Below are positions 19,378 through 29,775 of a DNA stretch of 61,032 bases, in pieces (position 1 is the first letter of the stretch; the number at the start of each line of letters is the position of its first letter). The notes under the pieces were generated by a model that was not told the origin of the DNA, searched no databases, and was given only the letters and a program-made list of their open reading frames with translations. The position numbers and the translations under genes were made by a program. The DNA lies in the NCBI GenBank assembly GCA_013151575.1, contig JAADHZ010000059.1:1-61032 (forward strand), written 5' to 3'. The DNA is from Gammaproteobacteria bacterium. GTDB taxonomy: Bacteria > Pseudomonadota > Gammaproteobacteria > SZUA-152.

Positions 19378-20227
19378 GAGCGCTGTGCTCCGGTTGTGCC
19401 AACACGGTGTCCAGCTGGCGAGTGACCGGCCCCACCGGGTAGCATCGATCCTCCAGTTTACGCACTGGCCAAATGCCAATGAGGCTGTTGCAGATGAACA
19501 GCTCGTCGGCATCCAGCACCTGTGCTGTATCCAGCGTGGTTTCCCGCAGTGTGATGTTCATCGTCGACGCGGCTTCCATCACCCGTTCCCGGGTAATGCC
19601 AGCAACACCGCACTGGCTGAGGTCTGGGGTGAGAAGCACGTTATCCCGCACACAAAAAAGGTTGCTCATGGTGCCTTCAATGACATGGTTATGATTATCC
19701 TGCATTAGGCCCTCGACAATGCCCGGCTCGGCAGGCGTCGCGTCCCATTCGGCACGGGCCAGCACCTGTTCGAGCCGGTTGAGATGTTTGAGGCCCGCTA
19801 GCAATGGGTTTCGCCCCAGACGCGTCCGGCACCAACGCAGCTCAACGCCGTCGGTGCGATGGGTGGCAGGAAACGCTGGCGCCGCAAAGGTCGCCAATAC
19901 CCGCGTGGCCGTGGCGTGAGTCGGGGCCGCGTAACCACGCCCGCCCTGCCCTCGCGTCACGGTGATTTTCAACACACCGTTGTTCACTGACGGGCACAGG
20001 CGTTGGGCCTCGATTTCGAGCAGTTCCACCTCCGGCATGGCAATGGCTAGACGTTCGCAGCTACGCCGCAAACGGGCCATGTGACGCCGCCAATGCAGAG
20101 CCTCACCGGAGACAATGCGCAGGGTTTCGAACAGACCATCGCCGTATTGGAAAGCACGATCCAGCGCAGATAAGTGAGCCGTTTCCTGGCCGTTGATGAG
20201 CATCTGTATCACGTCGTTTTTTTGCAT
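19370..20227 (-). CDS. pabC: Aminodeoxychorismate lyase (class IV PLP enzyme)
   Basis: INGQETAHLSALDRAFQYGDGLFETLRI..., GLKHLNRLEQVLA. The start is uncertain (ATG 20227, or the downstream MLING ATG). Confidence 0.8.
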   Translation of the reverse strand: MQKNDVIQMLINGQETAHLSALDRAFQYGDGLFETLRIVSGEALHWRRHMARLRRSCERLAIAMPEVELLEIEAQRLCPSVNNGVLKITVTRGQGGRGYAAPTHATATRVLATFAAPAFPATHRTDGVELRWCRTRLGRNPLLAGLKHLNRLEQVLARAEWDATPAEPGIVEGLMQDNHNHVIEGTMSNLFCVRDNVLLTPDLSQCGVAGITRERVMEAASTMNITLRETTLDTAQVLDADELFICNSLIGIWPVRKLEDRCYPVGPVTRQLDTVLAQPEHSAHA

Positions 20228-20282
20228 CGGTGCTCGCGCCGTTGTCGCCGGTTCCGCGCCGCGCAGCATAGCATATCCGGGC

Positions 20283-21617
20283 TCAGCGCAGTGCCAGCAA
20301 CATGCCCCGCGCTTTGTCACGACTTTCCGCCAGCTCCTTGTCTGGCTGGGAATCGGCGACGATACCGGCACCGGCGCGCAGCTGCACGCGTCGGCCTTTT
20401 TGCACCAGGGTGCGGATCAGAATATTCAGGTCCATGCTACCGTCGTGGTTGAGATACCCCATGGAGCCGGTGTAGGCCCCCCGCCCCTGCTGCTCCAGTT
20501 CCGCGATGATTTCCATGCAACGCACCTTCGGGCAGCCGGTGATGGTGCCGCCGGGGAATACTGCGCGAATCACCTCGCCGGGGGAAACAGACTCGCGCAG
20601 CTGCCCGCGCACATTGGAAACGATGTGGTGCACATGGGCATAACTTTCCAGCACCATGAGTTCGTCCACCTGCACACTGCCGGGCACGCAGACCCGCCCA
20701 AGATCATTGCGCTCCAGGTCGATGAGCATGATGTGCTCGGCACGCTCCTTCGGGTGGGCCAGCAGCTCCTGTTGCAATGCGCGATCGACCTCGGGCTCGG
20801 TGCTGCGCGGTCGGGTGCCCGCGATGGGACGGGTCTGCACGTTGCCGTTTTTTACGCTGACCAGGCGTTCCGGCGACGAGCTGATGATGGTGGCGTCGCC
20901 GATACGTGCCAGCCCGGCAAACGGTGCGGGATTATGAATACACAGCTGCCGGTAGAGATCGGCGGGGTCAAGACTGTGAGCGGTATGCTCGGCGAGGGCG
21001 TCCCAGCGGCGCGACAAATTCACCTGAAACACATCACCATCGACAATGTACTGTTTGATGCGTCGCACACCGGAAAGGTATTTTTGCGGCGGCTCCTCGC
21101 TCAGCGTGAACCCTGGCCCGGCGTCGGCAGTGACGACATCCACAACTCGGCGCAGGTCGGCAGCCATGAGGTCAAGCCGGTGTTCCTCCCCCGTTTCGGC
21201 CACCAATGTGGTCCGCTGGCGCTGGTGATCGACGATCACCGCTGCCGGTATCCGTGCAGCAAAGGCAACCGGCAACCCATCTTCCGCCGTCGGCAGGGAC
21301 AGGCGCGGCTCTACCTGTTGAGCCAGCTCGTAGGCTAGATACACAAACCATCCGCCACTAAATGGCAGCTCGGCGGGCGCGGACTGGCGGACATGCGCCG
21401 CTCGCCAGCGAGCATCGAGATGCTCTAAAAAATCGTCGGAATCAGCGGTCAGCTCGTCGAGCCGCAGAGTCTCGCCAGGGAAGGCGAACAGAATATCAAC
21501 ACGCGCCTGCCCGGTGCCATGAGCAACACTTTGCAACAAAAAAGGATAGCGGGCCGGGTCGACGCGGTGCAGCGCCAACAGGTCCATAACGTGATCTAGC
21601 TGGCGTGTCTGCGCCAT
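20283..21617 (-). CDS. pabB: Aminodeoxychorismate synthase component I
   Basis: Chorismate-binding enzyme motifs: FQVNLSRRW, PIAGTRPR, HIMLIDLERNDLGRV, FPGGTITGCPKVRCMEIIAELE, GAGIVADS. Confidence 0.85.
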   Translation of the reverse strand: MAQTRQLDHVMDLLALHRVDPARYPFLLQSVAHGTGQARVDILFAFPGETLRLDELTADSDDFLEHLDARWRAAHVRQSAPAELPFSGGWFVYLAYELAQQVEPRLSLPTAEDGLPVAFAARIPAAVIVDHQRQRTTLVAETGEEHRLDLMAADLRRVVDVVTADAGPGFTLSEEPPQKYLSGVRRIKQYIVDGDVFQVNLSRRWDALAEHTAHSLDPADLYRQLCIHNPAPFAGLARIGDATIISSSPERLVSVKNGNVQTRPIAGTRPRSTEPEVDRALQQELLAHPKERAEHIMLIDLERNDLGRVCVPGSVQVDELMVLESYAHVHHIVSNVRGQLRESVSPGEVIRAVFPGGTITGCPKVRCMEIIAELEQQGRGAYTGSMGYLNHDGSMDLNILIRTLVQKGRRVQLRAGAGIVADSQPDKELAESRDKARGMLLALR

Positions 21618-21642
21618 GATGGTGGCCGTTGCCCGTAAAATG

Positions 21643-22881
21643 TCAGACCTTGCGTAAAATCAGGGTGCCGTTGGTGCCGCCAAAACCGAAGGAGTTGGAC
21701 ATGACCACGTCGATATTCATGTCGCGCGCAGTGTGCGGTACGAAATCCAGATCACACTCAGGGTCCGGGTTATCAAGATTAATGGTGGGCGGCGCCACCT
21801 GATCACGAATGGCCAGGGCGCTGAACACGGCCTCGATGCCACCGGCAGCTCCCAGTAGGTGACCGGTCATGGATTTGGTGGAACTAATGGCCACCGACCG
21901 GGCATGCGCGCCCAGCGCGGACTTGGTAGCCTGGGTCTCGCCCAGATCGCCAGCCGGTGTGGAAGTGCCGTGGGCATTAATGTAATCCAGATCTTCGGGA
22001 TTGATGCCGGCATTGCGCATGGCAATGCGCATGCAACGCGCCGCGCCTTCACCACCCGGTGACGGCGAGGTCATGTGGTAGGCATCACCACTCATGCCGT
22101 AACCGATAACTTCCGCGTAGATATTTGCACCACGCGCCTTGGCGAACTCGTATTCTTCCAGCACCACCACACCGGCGCCGTCACTGAGCACAAAACCATC
22201 ACGGTCGCGGTCCCAGGGGCGACTGGCCACCTGCGGGTCGTCGTTACGTGTGGACAGCGCGCGTGCCGCAGCGAAACCACCCAGTCCGGTCTTCGAGCAG
22301 GCCATCTCTGCGCCGCCAGCCACCATCACGTCGGCATCACCGTATTCGATCAGGCGGGCCGCGTCACCAATGCAGTGAGTCGCCGTGGCGCACGCCGTGG
22401 TGATGGCATAGTTAGGCCCTTTCATGCCGTACACAATGGACAGGTTGCCGGAGATCATGTTGATGATGTTGCTGGGCACAAAAAAGGGTGAAATTTTACG
22501 TGGGCCGCCCTTGTGGTAGGCATCGTGCCCTTTTTCGATGCCTGTCAGCCCGCCAATACCGGAGCCGATAACCACCCCGATTCGCTCGGCATTTTCGTCG
22601 GTGACGTCCAGACCGGCATCACGCACCGCCTGCATGCCAGCGGCGATGCCGTAGTGGATGAACAGGTCCATCTTTTTGGCGTCTTTGCCGGAAATATATT
22701 CCGTGATATCGAAATCGCGCACCGAACCGCCGAACCGCACGGAATAATCACTCACGTCCATGTGGGTGAGCGGCGCAATACCGCTGTTGCCAGCCAACAC
22801 ATTGGCCCAGGAATCGGCTACGTTGAGCCCCACGGGGGAGACCATGCCTAAACCGGTGATGACTACGCGTCGTTTTGTCAC
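21643..22881 (-). CDS. fabF: 3-oxoacyl-ACP synthase II
   Basis: [18 protein letters not shown]..., [12 protein letters not shown] active-site Cys, [19 protein letters not shown] start at 22881 with AGAGG 8 nt upstream. Confidence 0.93.
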   Translation of the reverse strand: MTKRRVVITGLGMVSPVGLNVADSWANVLAGNSGIAPLTHMDVSDYSVRFGGSVRDFDITEYISGKDAKKMDLFIHYGIAAGMQAVRDAGLDVTDENAERIGVVIGSGIGGLTGIEKGHDAYHKGGPRKISPFFVPSNIINMISGNLSIVYGMKGPNYAITTACATATHCIGDAARLIEYGDADVMVAGGAEMACSKTGLGGFAAARALSTRNDDPQVASRPWDRDRDGFVLSDGAGVVVLEEYEFAKARGANIYAEVIGYGMSGDAYHMTSPSPGGEGAARCMRIAMRNAGINPEDLDYINAHGTSTPAGDLGETQATKSALGAHARSVAISSTKSMTGHLLGAAGGIEAVFSALAIRDQVAPPTINLDNPDPECDLDFVPHTARDMNIDVVMSNSFGFGGTNGTLILRKV

Positions 22882-22930
22882 GGAAATACCTCTAACTTCT
22901 TCCGGTCGCCGCCGGATTTTCTCATGGTGC

Positions 22931-22974
22931 TTAAAACAAAAGGCCGCAACCACCGGTGAGGGTGTCGCGGCCTT
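22931..22974 (-). terminator. Hairpin plus U-tract between acpP and fabF (terminator/attenuator)
   Basis: Minus strand reads AAGGCCGC-(19-nt loop)-GCGGCCTT followed by TTGTTTTAA, about 20 nt after the acpP stop. Confidence 0.55.
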
Positions 22975-22995
22975 GAAACCGATGACGGGACGTTA

Positions 22996-23235
22996 TCAGC
23001 TGCCGGAGTGGGCGTTGATGTAATCCGTAGCCTGTTTCACGGTGGTGATTTTTTCGGCATCTTCGTCAGGGATTTCGGTATCGAATTCCTCTTCCAGTGC
23101 CATGACCAGTTCTACAGTGTCCAGGGAATCGGCACCGAGATCGTCAACAAAAGATGATTCGCTGCTGACTTCTTCTTCTTTCACGCCAAGTTGTTCAACA
23201 ACGATTTTCTTGACTCGTTCCTCAATGGTGCTCAT
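22996..23235 (-). CDS. acpP: Acyl carrier protein
   Basis: [23 protein letters not shown]...[19 protein letters not shown] (DSL phosphopantetheine site). Confidence 0.96.
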   Translation of the reverse strand: MSTIEERVKKIVVEQLGVKEEEVSSESSFVDDLGADSLDTVELVMALEEEFDTEIPDEDAEKITTVKQATDYINAHSGS

Positions 23236-23385
23236 TTCGGATGTTTCCTCCACAGGTTATTCAAGGCAGCCTACTGCCGCGTGGCGGTATTTTAGTGAAA
23301 TACCCGCCGGGTTACAAGAAATAAGATACTTTAGGTTAATGTCGTATATTATTGATTTTATTGTTTATTTTTATGATGGTCGATA

Positions 23386-24150
23386 TTAGGCCATGTACAT
23401 TCCGCCGTTTACATGCAGTGTCTCGCCACTGATGTAGGCCGCTCCAGGAGATACCAAAAAAGCCACAGCCGCCGCAATTTCCCCAGGTTGCCCCAATCGA
23501 TTTAGCGGAATCCCGCCGAGCAAGGCCTCGCGTTGCGCGTCTGGCAGCGCGCGAGTCATGTCCGTGTCGATGAAACCGGGGGCCACCGCATTCACAGTGA
23601 TGCCCCGCGCACCCACCTCCCGGGCCAGGGATTTGGTGAAGCCCACCAGCCCGGCCTTGGCCGCCGCGTAGTTGGTCTGACCGGCATTGCCCGCCGCCCC
23701 CACCACCGAGCTGATGCTGATGATACGGCCCGTGCGGGCCTTCATCATCGGGCGCAGACAAGCCTTGGAAAGGCGGTACACCGAGGTGAGGTTGGTGTCG
23801 ATAATATCAGCCCACTCCTCTTCTTTCATGCGCATCAACAGATTGTCGCGAGTAATGCCAGCGTTGTTCACCAAGATACCTGGGGCGCCAACGCCCTTGG
23901 TCATGGCGGCCAGCAGTTGGTCCACGGATGTCTGATCAGTGACATTAAGCAGCATGCCCTGCCCCTCAATGCCGGTTTCCTTAAGATAAGCAGTAATGGC
24001 ATCGGCACCTTTTTGCGAGGTGGCGGTGCCTACCACCGTGGCACCCATTTCACCCAGGGCCAAGGCAATGGCCTGACCAATGCCACGGCTCGCGCCGGTG
24101 ATCAGCGCCACTTCGCCTTTCAATAGTTTATTTGTCGTATTGTCGGACAT
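23386..24150 (-). CDS. fabG: 3-oxoacyl-ACP reductase
   Basis: ALITGASRGIGQAIA, NNAGITRD, YAAAKAG: SDR motifs within the fab cluster. Confidence 0.93.
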   Translation of the reverse strand: MSDNTTNKLLKGEVALITGASRGIGQAIALALGEMGATVVGTATSQKGADAITAYLKETGIEGQGMLLNVTDQTSVDQLLAAMTKGVGAPGILVNNAGITRDNLLMRMKEEEWADIIDTNLTSVYRLSKACLRPMMKARTGRIISISSVVGAAGNAGQTNYAAAKAGLVGFTKSLAREVGARGITVNAVAPGFIDTDMTRALPDAQREALLGGIPLNRLGQPGEIAAAVAFLVSPGAAYISGETLHVNGGMYMA

Positions 24151-24152
24151 CG

Positions 24153-25094
24153 TTATTCTCCCCCTTCAATAGCCTGTAAGGCCTTGGCCATCATACCGGC
24201 ATCGAGGATGGCGTATGCCGTCATTTGACGATTAATGCGTTTGTTGAGTCCAGACAAGACCTTGCCCGGCCCACATTCCACCACCTGTTCAATGTTCTGG
24301 GCGGCGATGGCGTTAATCGTTTCTACCCAACGAACGGGGCTGAACAATTGCCGTTTGAGGGCGGCCCGAATGGCGTCGGGCTCCGTTTCTGCGCTCACAT
24401 CCACATTGTTTAGCACGGGTATCTGCGGCGCCACGATGGCGATGTCGGCCAGGCGTTCGGCCAAACGTTCGGCCGCAGGCTGCATCAGGCTGCAATGGGA
24501 AGGCACGCTCACTGGTAATACGATGGCGCGCTTAGCCCCCGCTTCCTTCGCCAGTTCCACCGCTCGATCCACCGCAGCAGCATTACCGGCCACCACCACC
24601 TGACCCGGCGAATTGAAATTGACGGCGGTCACCACCTCACCCTGAGCAGCGGCCTCGCACACGGCAATGACGTTATCATCCTCCAACCCCAGTATCGCGG
24701 CCATGGCCCCCACCCCGGCGGGCACTGCCTCCTGCATAAAACGGCCGCGATCCGCCACCAACGCAGCGGCATCGACCAACGACAGGCTGCCTGCGACCAC
24801 CAGCGCACTGTATTCGCCGAGGCTGTGCCCGGCCAGCATTGCCGGGGCTGGCCCACCTTGGGCTTGCCATGCGCGCCACGCGGCAACGCCGCCAGCCAGC
24901 ATGGCAGGCTGGGTGATGTGGGTCTGATTCAGTTCGGATTCCGGCCCATTCTGCACCCGTTGCCACAGGTCGTAGCCTAGGGCCTGCGACGCTTCCGCGA
25001 AGGTTTGCTCGATTTCGGGAAACTGCACGGCCAGCCCGGCCAGCATGCCGACGGATTGGGACCCCTGTCCTGGGAAAATCATTGCGAATGTCAT
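24153..25094 (-). CDS. fabD: Malonyl-CoA-ACP transacylase
   Basis: FPGQGSQSVGM, GHSLGEYSALV active site. Confidence 0.93.
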   Translation of the reverse strand: MTFAMIFPGQGSQSVGMLAGLAVQFPEIEQTFAEASQALGYDLWQRVQNGPESELNQTHITQPAMLAGGVAAWRAWQAQGGPAPAMLAGHSLGEYSALVVAGSLSLVDAAALVADRGRFMQEAVPAGVGAMAAILGLEDDNVIAVCEAAAQGEVVTAVNFNSPGQVVVAGNAAAVDRAVELAKEAGAKRAIVLPVSVPSHCSLMQPAAERLAERLADIAIVAPQIPVLNNVDVSAETEPDAIRAALKRQLFSPVRWVETINAIAAQNIEQVVECGPGKVLSGLNKRINRQMTAYAILDAGMMAKALQAIEGGE

Positions 25095-25148
25095 GAGTCT
25101 GCCATTTTAAACACGTAAAGTTTTAACGAGGTTTTTTTGGTACAGCAA

Positions 25149-26114
25149 CTAGTACCGCAACAATGCAGAGCCCCAGGTAAAGCCGCCGCCGAAGGCTTCC
25201 AACAGCACAGTATCGCCACGCTGGATGCGCCCGTCGCGCACTGCCTCGTTGAGCGCCAGCGGCACCGATGCGGCCGAGGTGTTGCCGTGTTCCTGCACCG
25301 TCACCACCACATGATCCATGGGCATTTTCAGCTTTTTAGCGGTGGCGTTGATGATGCGAATATTGGCCTGATGCGGCACTAGCCAGTCCACATCGGATTT
25401 CTGCATATTATTGGCAGCTAGGGTTTCATCCACGATACGCCCCAGAGTGTTGACGGCCATCTTGAACACCTCGTTGCCCTGCATGGTGATGTGCACGCCA
25501 TCAACGCCGTTTTCGAATCCTTCGGACACACCGCCAGTGGTGGACAGAAGATCCTTGTAGTGGCCGTCAGCGTGCAGGTGCGTGGACAGAATGCCAGCTT
25601 CCTCGCTGGCGGCCAGCACCACGGCGCCCGCACCGTCGCCAAACAGCACACAGGTGCCTCGGTCTTTCCAGTTCACAATGCGGGACAGGGTTTCGGCCCC
25701 CAGCACAAGGGCACAGCGATGGCTGCCGCTGCGAATAAATTTGTCCGCAATACCCAACGCGTACACGAAACCAGTGCATACCGCCTGCACGTCAAACGCG
25801 GCGCAGCCCCGAATACCGAGGCGTTCCTGTAACAAACAGGCGGTGCTGGGGAAAATCCGGTCCGGTGTGGTGGTGGCGAACACAATCAGGTCCACATCGC
25901 TGGGGGACATGCCAGCGGCTTCCAGGGCGTCACGGGCGGCGTGCTCCGCCAGATCGCAGGTGGTTTCGCCGTCGCCGGCGATGTGGCGCTTTTTGATACC
26001 CGTGCGGTCGGTGATCCACTGGTCCGAGGTCTCGACCATTTTTTCAAGGTCGTGATTACTGAGGACCTTTTCCGGCAGGTACCCACCAGTGCCAATAATG
26101 CGCGAATAGATCAA
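25149..26114 (-). CDS. fabH: 3-oxoacyl-ACP synthase III
   Basis: [15 protein letters not shown]..., AACTGF-type Cys ([11 protein letters not shown]), HQANIRI, GGGFTWG. TTG start overlaps the plsX stop. Confidence 0.92.
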   Translation of the reverse strand: MIYSRIIGTGGYLPEKVLSNHDLEKMVETSDQWITDRTGIKKRHIAGDGETTCDLAEHAARDALEAAGMSPSDVDLIVFATTTPDRIFPSTACLLQERLGIRGCAAFDVQAVCTGFVYALGIADKFIRSGSHRCALVLGAETLSRIVNWKDRGTCVLFGDGAGAVVLAASEEAGILSTHLHADGHYKDLLSTTGGVSEGFENGVDGVHITMQGNEVFKMAVNTLGRIVDETLAANNMQKSDVDWLVPHQANIRIINATAKKLKMPMDHVVVTVQEHGNTSAASVPLALNEAVRDGRIQRGDTVLLEAFGGGFTWGSALLRY

Positions 26115-27139
26115 GTCACCTGCCTCTTTGTCATTGCCGCCTCGACATGTTTGCTAATGCGTTCCGGCACATTTTTTTTGATTTCGATCACCGCCTCACG
26201 AATGGCACTGCCATAGGCGAGCTTGTCCGCACCGCCGTGAGATTTCACTACAATACCTTGTAGCCCCACGAAACTCGCGCCGTTGTAGCGCCGGGGGTCG
26301 ATACGTCGTTTAAGCGCATTCAGCACCGGCATAGCCACCAGCGCAGCCAATCGGGTGAACAGGGAGCGTTTGAATTCCTGGTGCAAGAAATGGCTGATCA
26401 TCTTCGCCACCCCCTCGGTGGTTTTCAGGGAAATATTGCCCACAAAACCATCACACACCACCACGTCCACAGTGCCTTTAAAGATGTCGTCGCCCTCCAC
26501 GAAGCCCACATAATTAAGGTCGCTAGCAACCAGAATACGCGCGGCTTCCTTAACTCGCTCGTTGCCCTTCACCTCCTCCTCACCAATATTCAGCAGGCCG
26601 ATGGTGGGGGATTCGATATTGTCCACCGCGCTGGTGAGTACCGAGCCCATGACGGCGAATTCGAACAGGTTTTCGGCGCTGGTATCCACATTAGCGCCCA
26701 AGTCCAACATGTGCGTGTGCCCCTTTACGTTGGGCAACACGGACACGATGGCGGGACGATCAATCCCCGGCAATGTTTTCAATACAAAGCGAGCCGTGGC
26801 CATCAGCGCGCCGGTATTCCCGGCGCTAACACAGGCCTGGGCGCGCCCTTCCTTCACCATATTGATGGCTACGCGCATGGAAGAATCTTTTTTGGTACGC
26901 AGAGCCACCGAGGGTTTTTCATCCATGGCCACGGTTTGCGAGGCGTGCTGGATGATAAGTCGCTGGCCAGATGTGCCATTTTGGCGGGCGACTTCTTCCG
27001 TTATGGCAACCTCGTCCCCCACCAAAATGATGGACATCTGTGGCGTTTCCGCCAGGGCGCGCAAGGCCGCAGGCACAACCACAGAGGGGCCATGATCGCC
27101 GCCCATGGCATCAAGGGCGATACAAAATTCTTGATTCAT
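26111..27139 (-). CDS. plsX: Phosphate acyltransferase PlsX
   Basis: [12 protein letters not shown]..., [16 protein letters not shown]. Confidence 0.93.
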   Translation of the reverse strand: MNQEFCIALDAMGGDHGPSVVVPAALRALAETPQMSIILVGDEVAITEEVARQNGTSGQRLIIQHASQTVAMDEKPSVALRTKKDSSMRVAINMVKEGRAQACVSAGNTGALMATARFVLKTLPGIDRPAIVSVLPNVKGHTHMLDLGANVDTSAENLFEFAVMGSVLTSAVDNIESPTIGLLNIGEEEVKGNERVKEAARILVASDLNYVGFVEGDDIFKGTVDVVVCDGFVGNISLKTTEGVAKMISHFLHQEFKRSLFTRLAALVAMPVLNALKRRIDPRRYNGASFVGLQGIVVKSHGGADKLAYGSAIREAVIEIKKNVPERISKHVEAAMTKRQVT

Positions 27140-27279
27140 AGTGTGAACGTGCAGGTTTCCGGAGTCTGTCCAGTCGCGGCGACAACGCCACTACTGGCGT
27201 CAATTGACGAAATGAAGAACACAAATGTTATGCGCTGAGTAGGCGGGCGGAGCGAATGTCGGCCCCGCCGCCCTCAAAA

Positions 27280-27462
27280 TTACTCGGCGTCCTTAGTATC
27301 AACGACCTTGCGGCCACGATAAAAACCATCGGCGCTGACGTGGTGACGACGGTGGGTTTCCCCGGTGGTGGGCTCAATGGACAAGGTCGGGCCTTTCAAC
27401 GCATCGTGGGAACGACGCATGCCACGACGAGATTGAGTCACCTTGCTTTTTTGCACTGCCAT
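27280..27462 (-). CDS. rpmF: 50S ribosomal protein L32
   Basis: [22 protein letters not shown].... Confidence 0.96.
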   Translation of the reverse strand: MAVQKSKVTQSRRGMRRSHDALKGPTLSIEPTTGETHRRHHVSADGFYRGRKVVDTKDAE

Positions 27463-27515
27463 AATCTAATCCTCATTATTACTGATTGTTGCTAGTTGTT
27501 ATACGGTAATCGTTG

Positions 27516-28040
27516 CTACGGTTTATCCTGGTTCATCAAATCTGCCAACGCGGCAAATGGTTTTTTGCGTTCGCTGCCGGACATGGAGTCACCCTCATTT
27601 TCGGCCAGATCCCCTCTTGGGCAATCCGCCACTTCGTGCATGGCCACAATGGGCAATGCCAGAATCAGCTCATCTTCCACAATGGACGCGGCCGACACGT
27701 CGCCGTCTGACAACATCAACGGGTCCAGCTCACTCGACAATTGCCCCACCGCTTCGCGGTTACGCACAATGCCCAAATTGATGTTTGCGGTAATCGGGCA
27801 TACCATTTCCTGCATGCAGCGCTGACACTGCAAGGTCACCACTGCGCGCACCGTCCCTTTTACGAAAGGCGCACCGACAGGGTCCTTATCAAAATCCAGT
27901 TCGAACGCCACATCCCCGGATTCCGCACGCAACAGCGGCACCAGCCGCGGCAACTCTGCCACCGGCAGCTGCCCGGACAGAGTCCGCCGCTGAGTAGCCA
28001 AGGACAGGGGTTCTATGATGTCTGTAGGTTGGGTCGGCAT
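27516..28040 (-). CDS. yceD: YceD/DUF177 family 23S rRNA accumulation protein
   Basis: Acidic 174-aa protein with CQRC...C cysteines, in the conserved position upstream of rpmF. Confidence 0.85.
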   Translation of the reverse strand: MPTQPTDIIEPLSLATQRRTLSGQLPVAELPRLVPLLRAESGDVAFELDFDKDPVGAPFVKGTVRAVVTLQCQRCMQEMVCPITANINLGIVRNREAVGQLSSELDPLMLSDGDVSAASIVEDELILALPIVAMHEVADCPRGDLAENEGDSMSGSERKKPFAALADLMNQDKP

Positions 28041-28295
28041 AAACGGCTAATTTTATAAGGATTCTTAATAACTGTCAAAGTCGGAAACACCTGCCAAGAC
28101 TGCCGAGGGCTTGCAATGCCAAAACACATGGCTTGACACAAAGACGAATGTTCCGCGATATTCCCGAACTAGCCTTGCCATGCACCTGCCCCGAATGAGC
28201 GTGCAGGTGGTTCAAGGTTACACGCAAATTGTCCGAAACTGACTGTACACAAGAAGACAAAAGAACCACCGCACAGCGACGCGAACAGGTACGCC

Positions 28296-29714
28296 ATGAT
28301 AAAAAAAATACTTATCGCCAACCGGGGCGAAATCGCAGTACGCATTGTACGCGCCTGCGCTGAAGCTGGCATTAAATCGGTGGCTATTTACACCGATGCG
28401 GACCGGTACTCCCTGCACGTCAAAAAAGCCGACGAGGCCTACAGCCTCGGGCCGGACTCGGTTTCCGCCTACCTGAATGTTCACCGCATTGTCGACCTGG
28501 CCAAGGCCGCAGGCTGCGATGCCCTGCATCCTGGTTATGGTTTTTTGTCCGAAAACCCGGAGCTGGCAGAAGCCTGCGAGAAACGCAACGTGCGTTTTAT
28601 TGGTCCCACGGCGGAGGTCATCCGCCGCCTGGGTGACAAAGTTCAAGCCCGCGCCGCGATGATTGAAGCCGGTGTACCGGTCACCCCCGGCAGTGAGGGC
28701 AATTTGGCGGATGTCGAAGCAGCGCTGGCGGTGGCGGAAACGACCGGTTACCCGGTGATGCTGAAGGCCACCACCGGCGGCGGCGGTCGCGGCATTCGGC
28801 GCTGCGCGAATCCGGCAGAAATGCGGCGTAATTTTGACCGGGTGGTCTCCGAAGCCACCAAGGCTTTCGGCAGCGCCGAGGTATTTCTGGAAAAGTGCAT
28901 CGACAACCCGCGTCACATCGAGGTGCAAATCCTGGCGGACCACCACGGCAGCGTCATTCATTTGTTCGAACGCGATTGCTCCATTCAGCGTCGGCACCAA
29001 AAACTCATCGAAATCGCCCCCTCCCCCCAGATCAGCGAAGAGCAGCGTAAAACCATCGGCAAGCTGGCGGTGAAGGCGGCCAAATTCGTGGGCTACACCA
29101 ACGCTGGCACCGTCGAATTCCTGTTAGATGCCGACGACCGTTTTTATTTCATGGAGGTGAACACCCGCCTACAGGTGGAGCACACCATCACCGAACAGAT
29201 CACCGGCATCGACATCGTGCAGGAACAAATCCGCGTTGCCGCCGGCCTCAAGCTGAAATACAAGCAGCGGGAGGTCAAACGTCGGGGTTACGCGATGGAA
29301 TTCCGCATCAATGCCGAAGACCCGCAAAATGATTTCCTGCCCAGTTTCGGACGCGTTACCCGCTACTTCGCCCCCGGCGGCCCCGGCGTGCGCACCGACG
29401 CGGCGATCTATTCTGGATACGACATCCCACCCTATTACGATTCCATGTGCGCCAAGCTCATTGTCTGGGCGCTGGACTGGGATTCAGTCATCGACCGGGC
29501 GATACGGGCGCTGCGTGACATGGGAGTCTACGGGGTTAAAACCACCATCCCCTATCAACTGGAAATCCTTAAATCGCCGCAATTCCAGACCGGTGTATTC
29601 GACACCTCATTTGTCGAAAAACACCCCGAGCTGACACAATATTCCGTTCACCGTTCCAACCGTAAACTGGCGGCGGCCATCGGCGCCGCCATGGCCGCGC
29701 ACATGGGGCTTTGA
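28296..29714 (+). CDS. pycA: Biotin carboxylase subunit (pyruvate carboxylase subunit A / AccC-like)
   Basis: MIKKILIANRGEIAVRIVRAC..., ATP-grasp GGGGRGIR, EVNTRLQVEH. It is paired with a carboxyltransferase plus biotinyl subunit immediately downstream. Confidence 0.8.
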   Translation: MIKKILIANRGEIAVRIVRACAEAGIKSVAIYTDADRYSLHVKKADEAYSLGPDSVSAYLNVHRIVDLAKAAGCDALHPGYGFLSENPELAEACEKRNVRFIGPTAEVIRRLGDKVQARAAMIEAGVPVTPGSEGNLADVEAALAVAETTGYPVMLKATTGGGGRGIRRCANPAEMRRNFDRVVSEATKAFGSAEVFLEKCIDNPRHIEVQILADHHGSVIHLFERDCSIQRRHQKLIEIAPSPQISEEQRKTIGKLAVKAAKFVGYTNAGTVEFLLDADDRFYFMEVNTRLQVEHTITEQITGIDIVQEQIRVAAGLKLKYKQREVKRRGYAMEFRINAEDPQNDFLPSFGRVTRYFAPGGPGVRTDAAIYSGYDIPPYYDSMCAKLIVWALDWDSVIDRAIRALRDMGVYGVKTTIPYQLEILKSPQFQTGVFDTSFVEKHPELTQYSVHRSNRKLAAAIGAAMAAHMGL

Positions 29715-29775
29715 AGAAACACTGAACCACGTGACTAAAAACACCACCAAAACCCAAACCTGACAGGAAAAACCC

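Noticed and set aside
18394-19425. 343-aa plus-strand ORF antisense to mltG. Similar long antisense ORFs occur at 20193..21338, 13011..13949, 26381..27238, 28218..29000, 35995..36816, 49923..50798 and 57659..58480.
   Set aside because: Each lies entirely opposite a well-supported conserved gene. They have Arg/Gly/His-rich low-complexity composition typical of GC-rich antisense frames, and no recognisable motifs or SD.
27180-27279. GC-rich hairpin (GGCGGGCGGAGCGAATGTCGGCCCCGCCGCC) after rpmF as a terminator.
   Set aside because: The stem is plausible, but no U-tract follows on the minus strand. rpmF-plsX are usually co-transcribed, so I did not call it a terminator.
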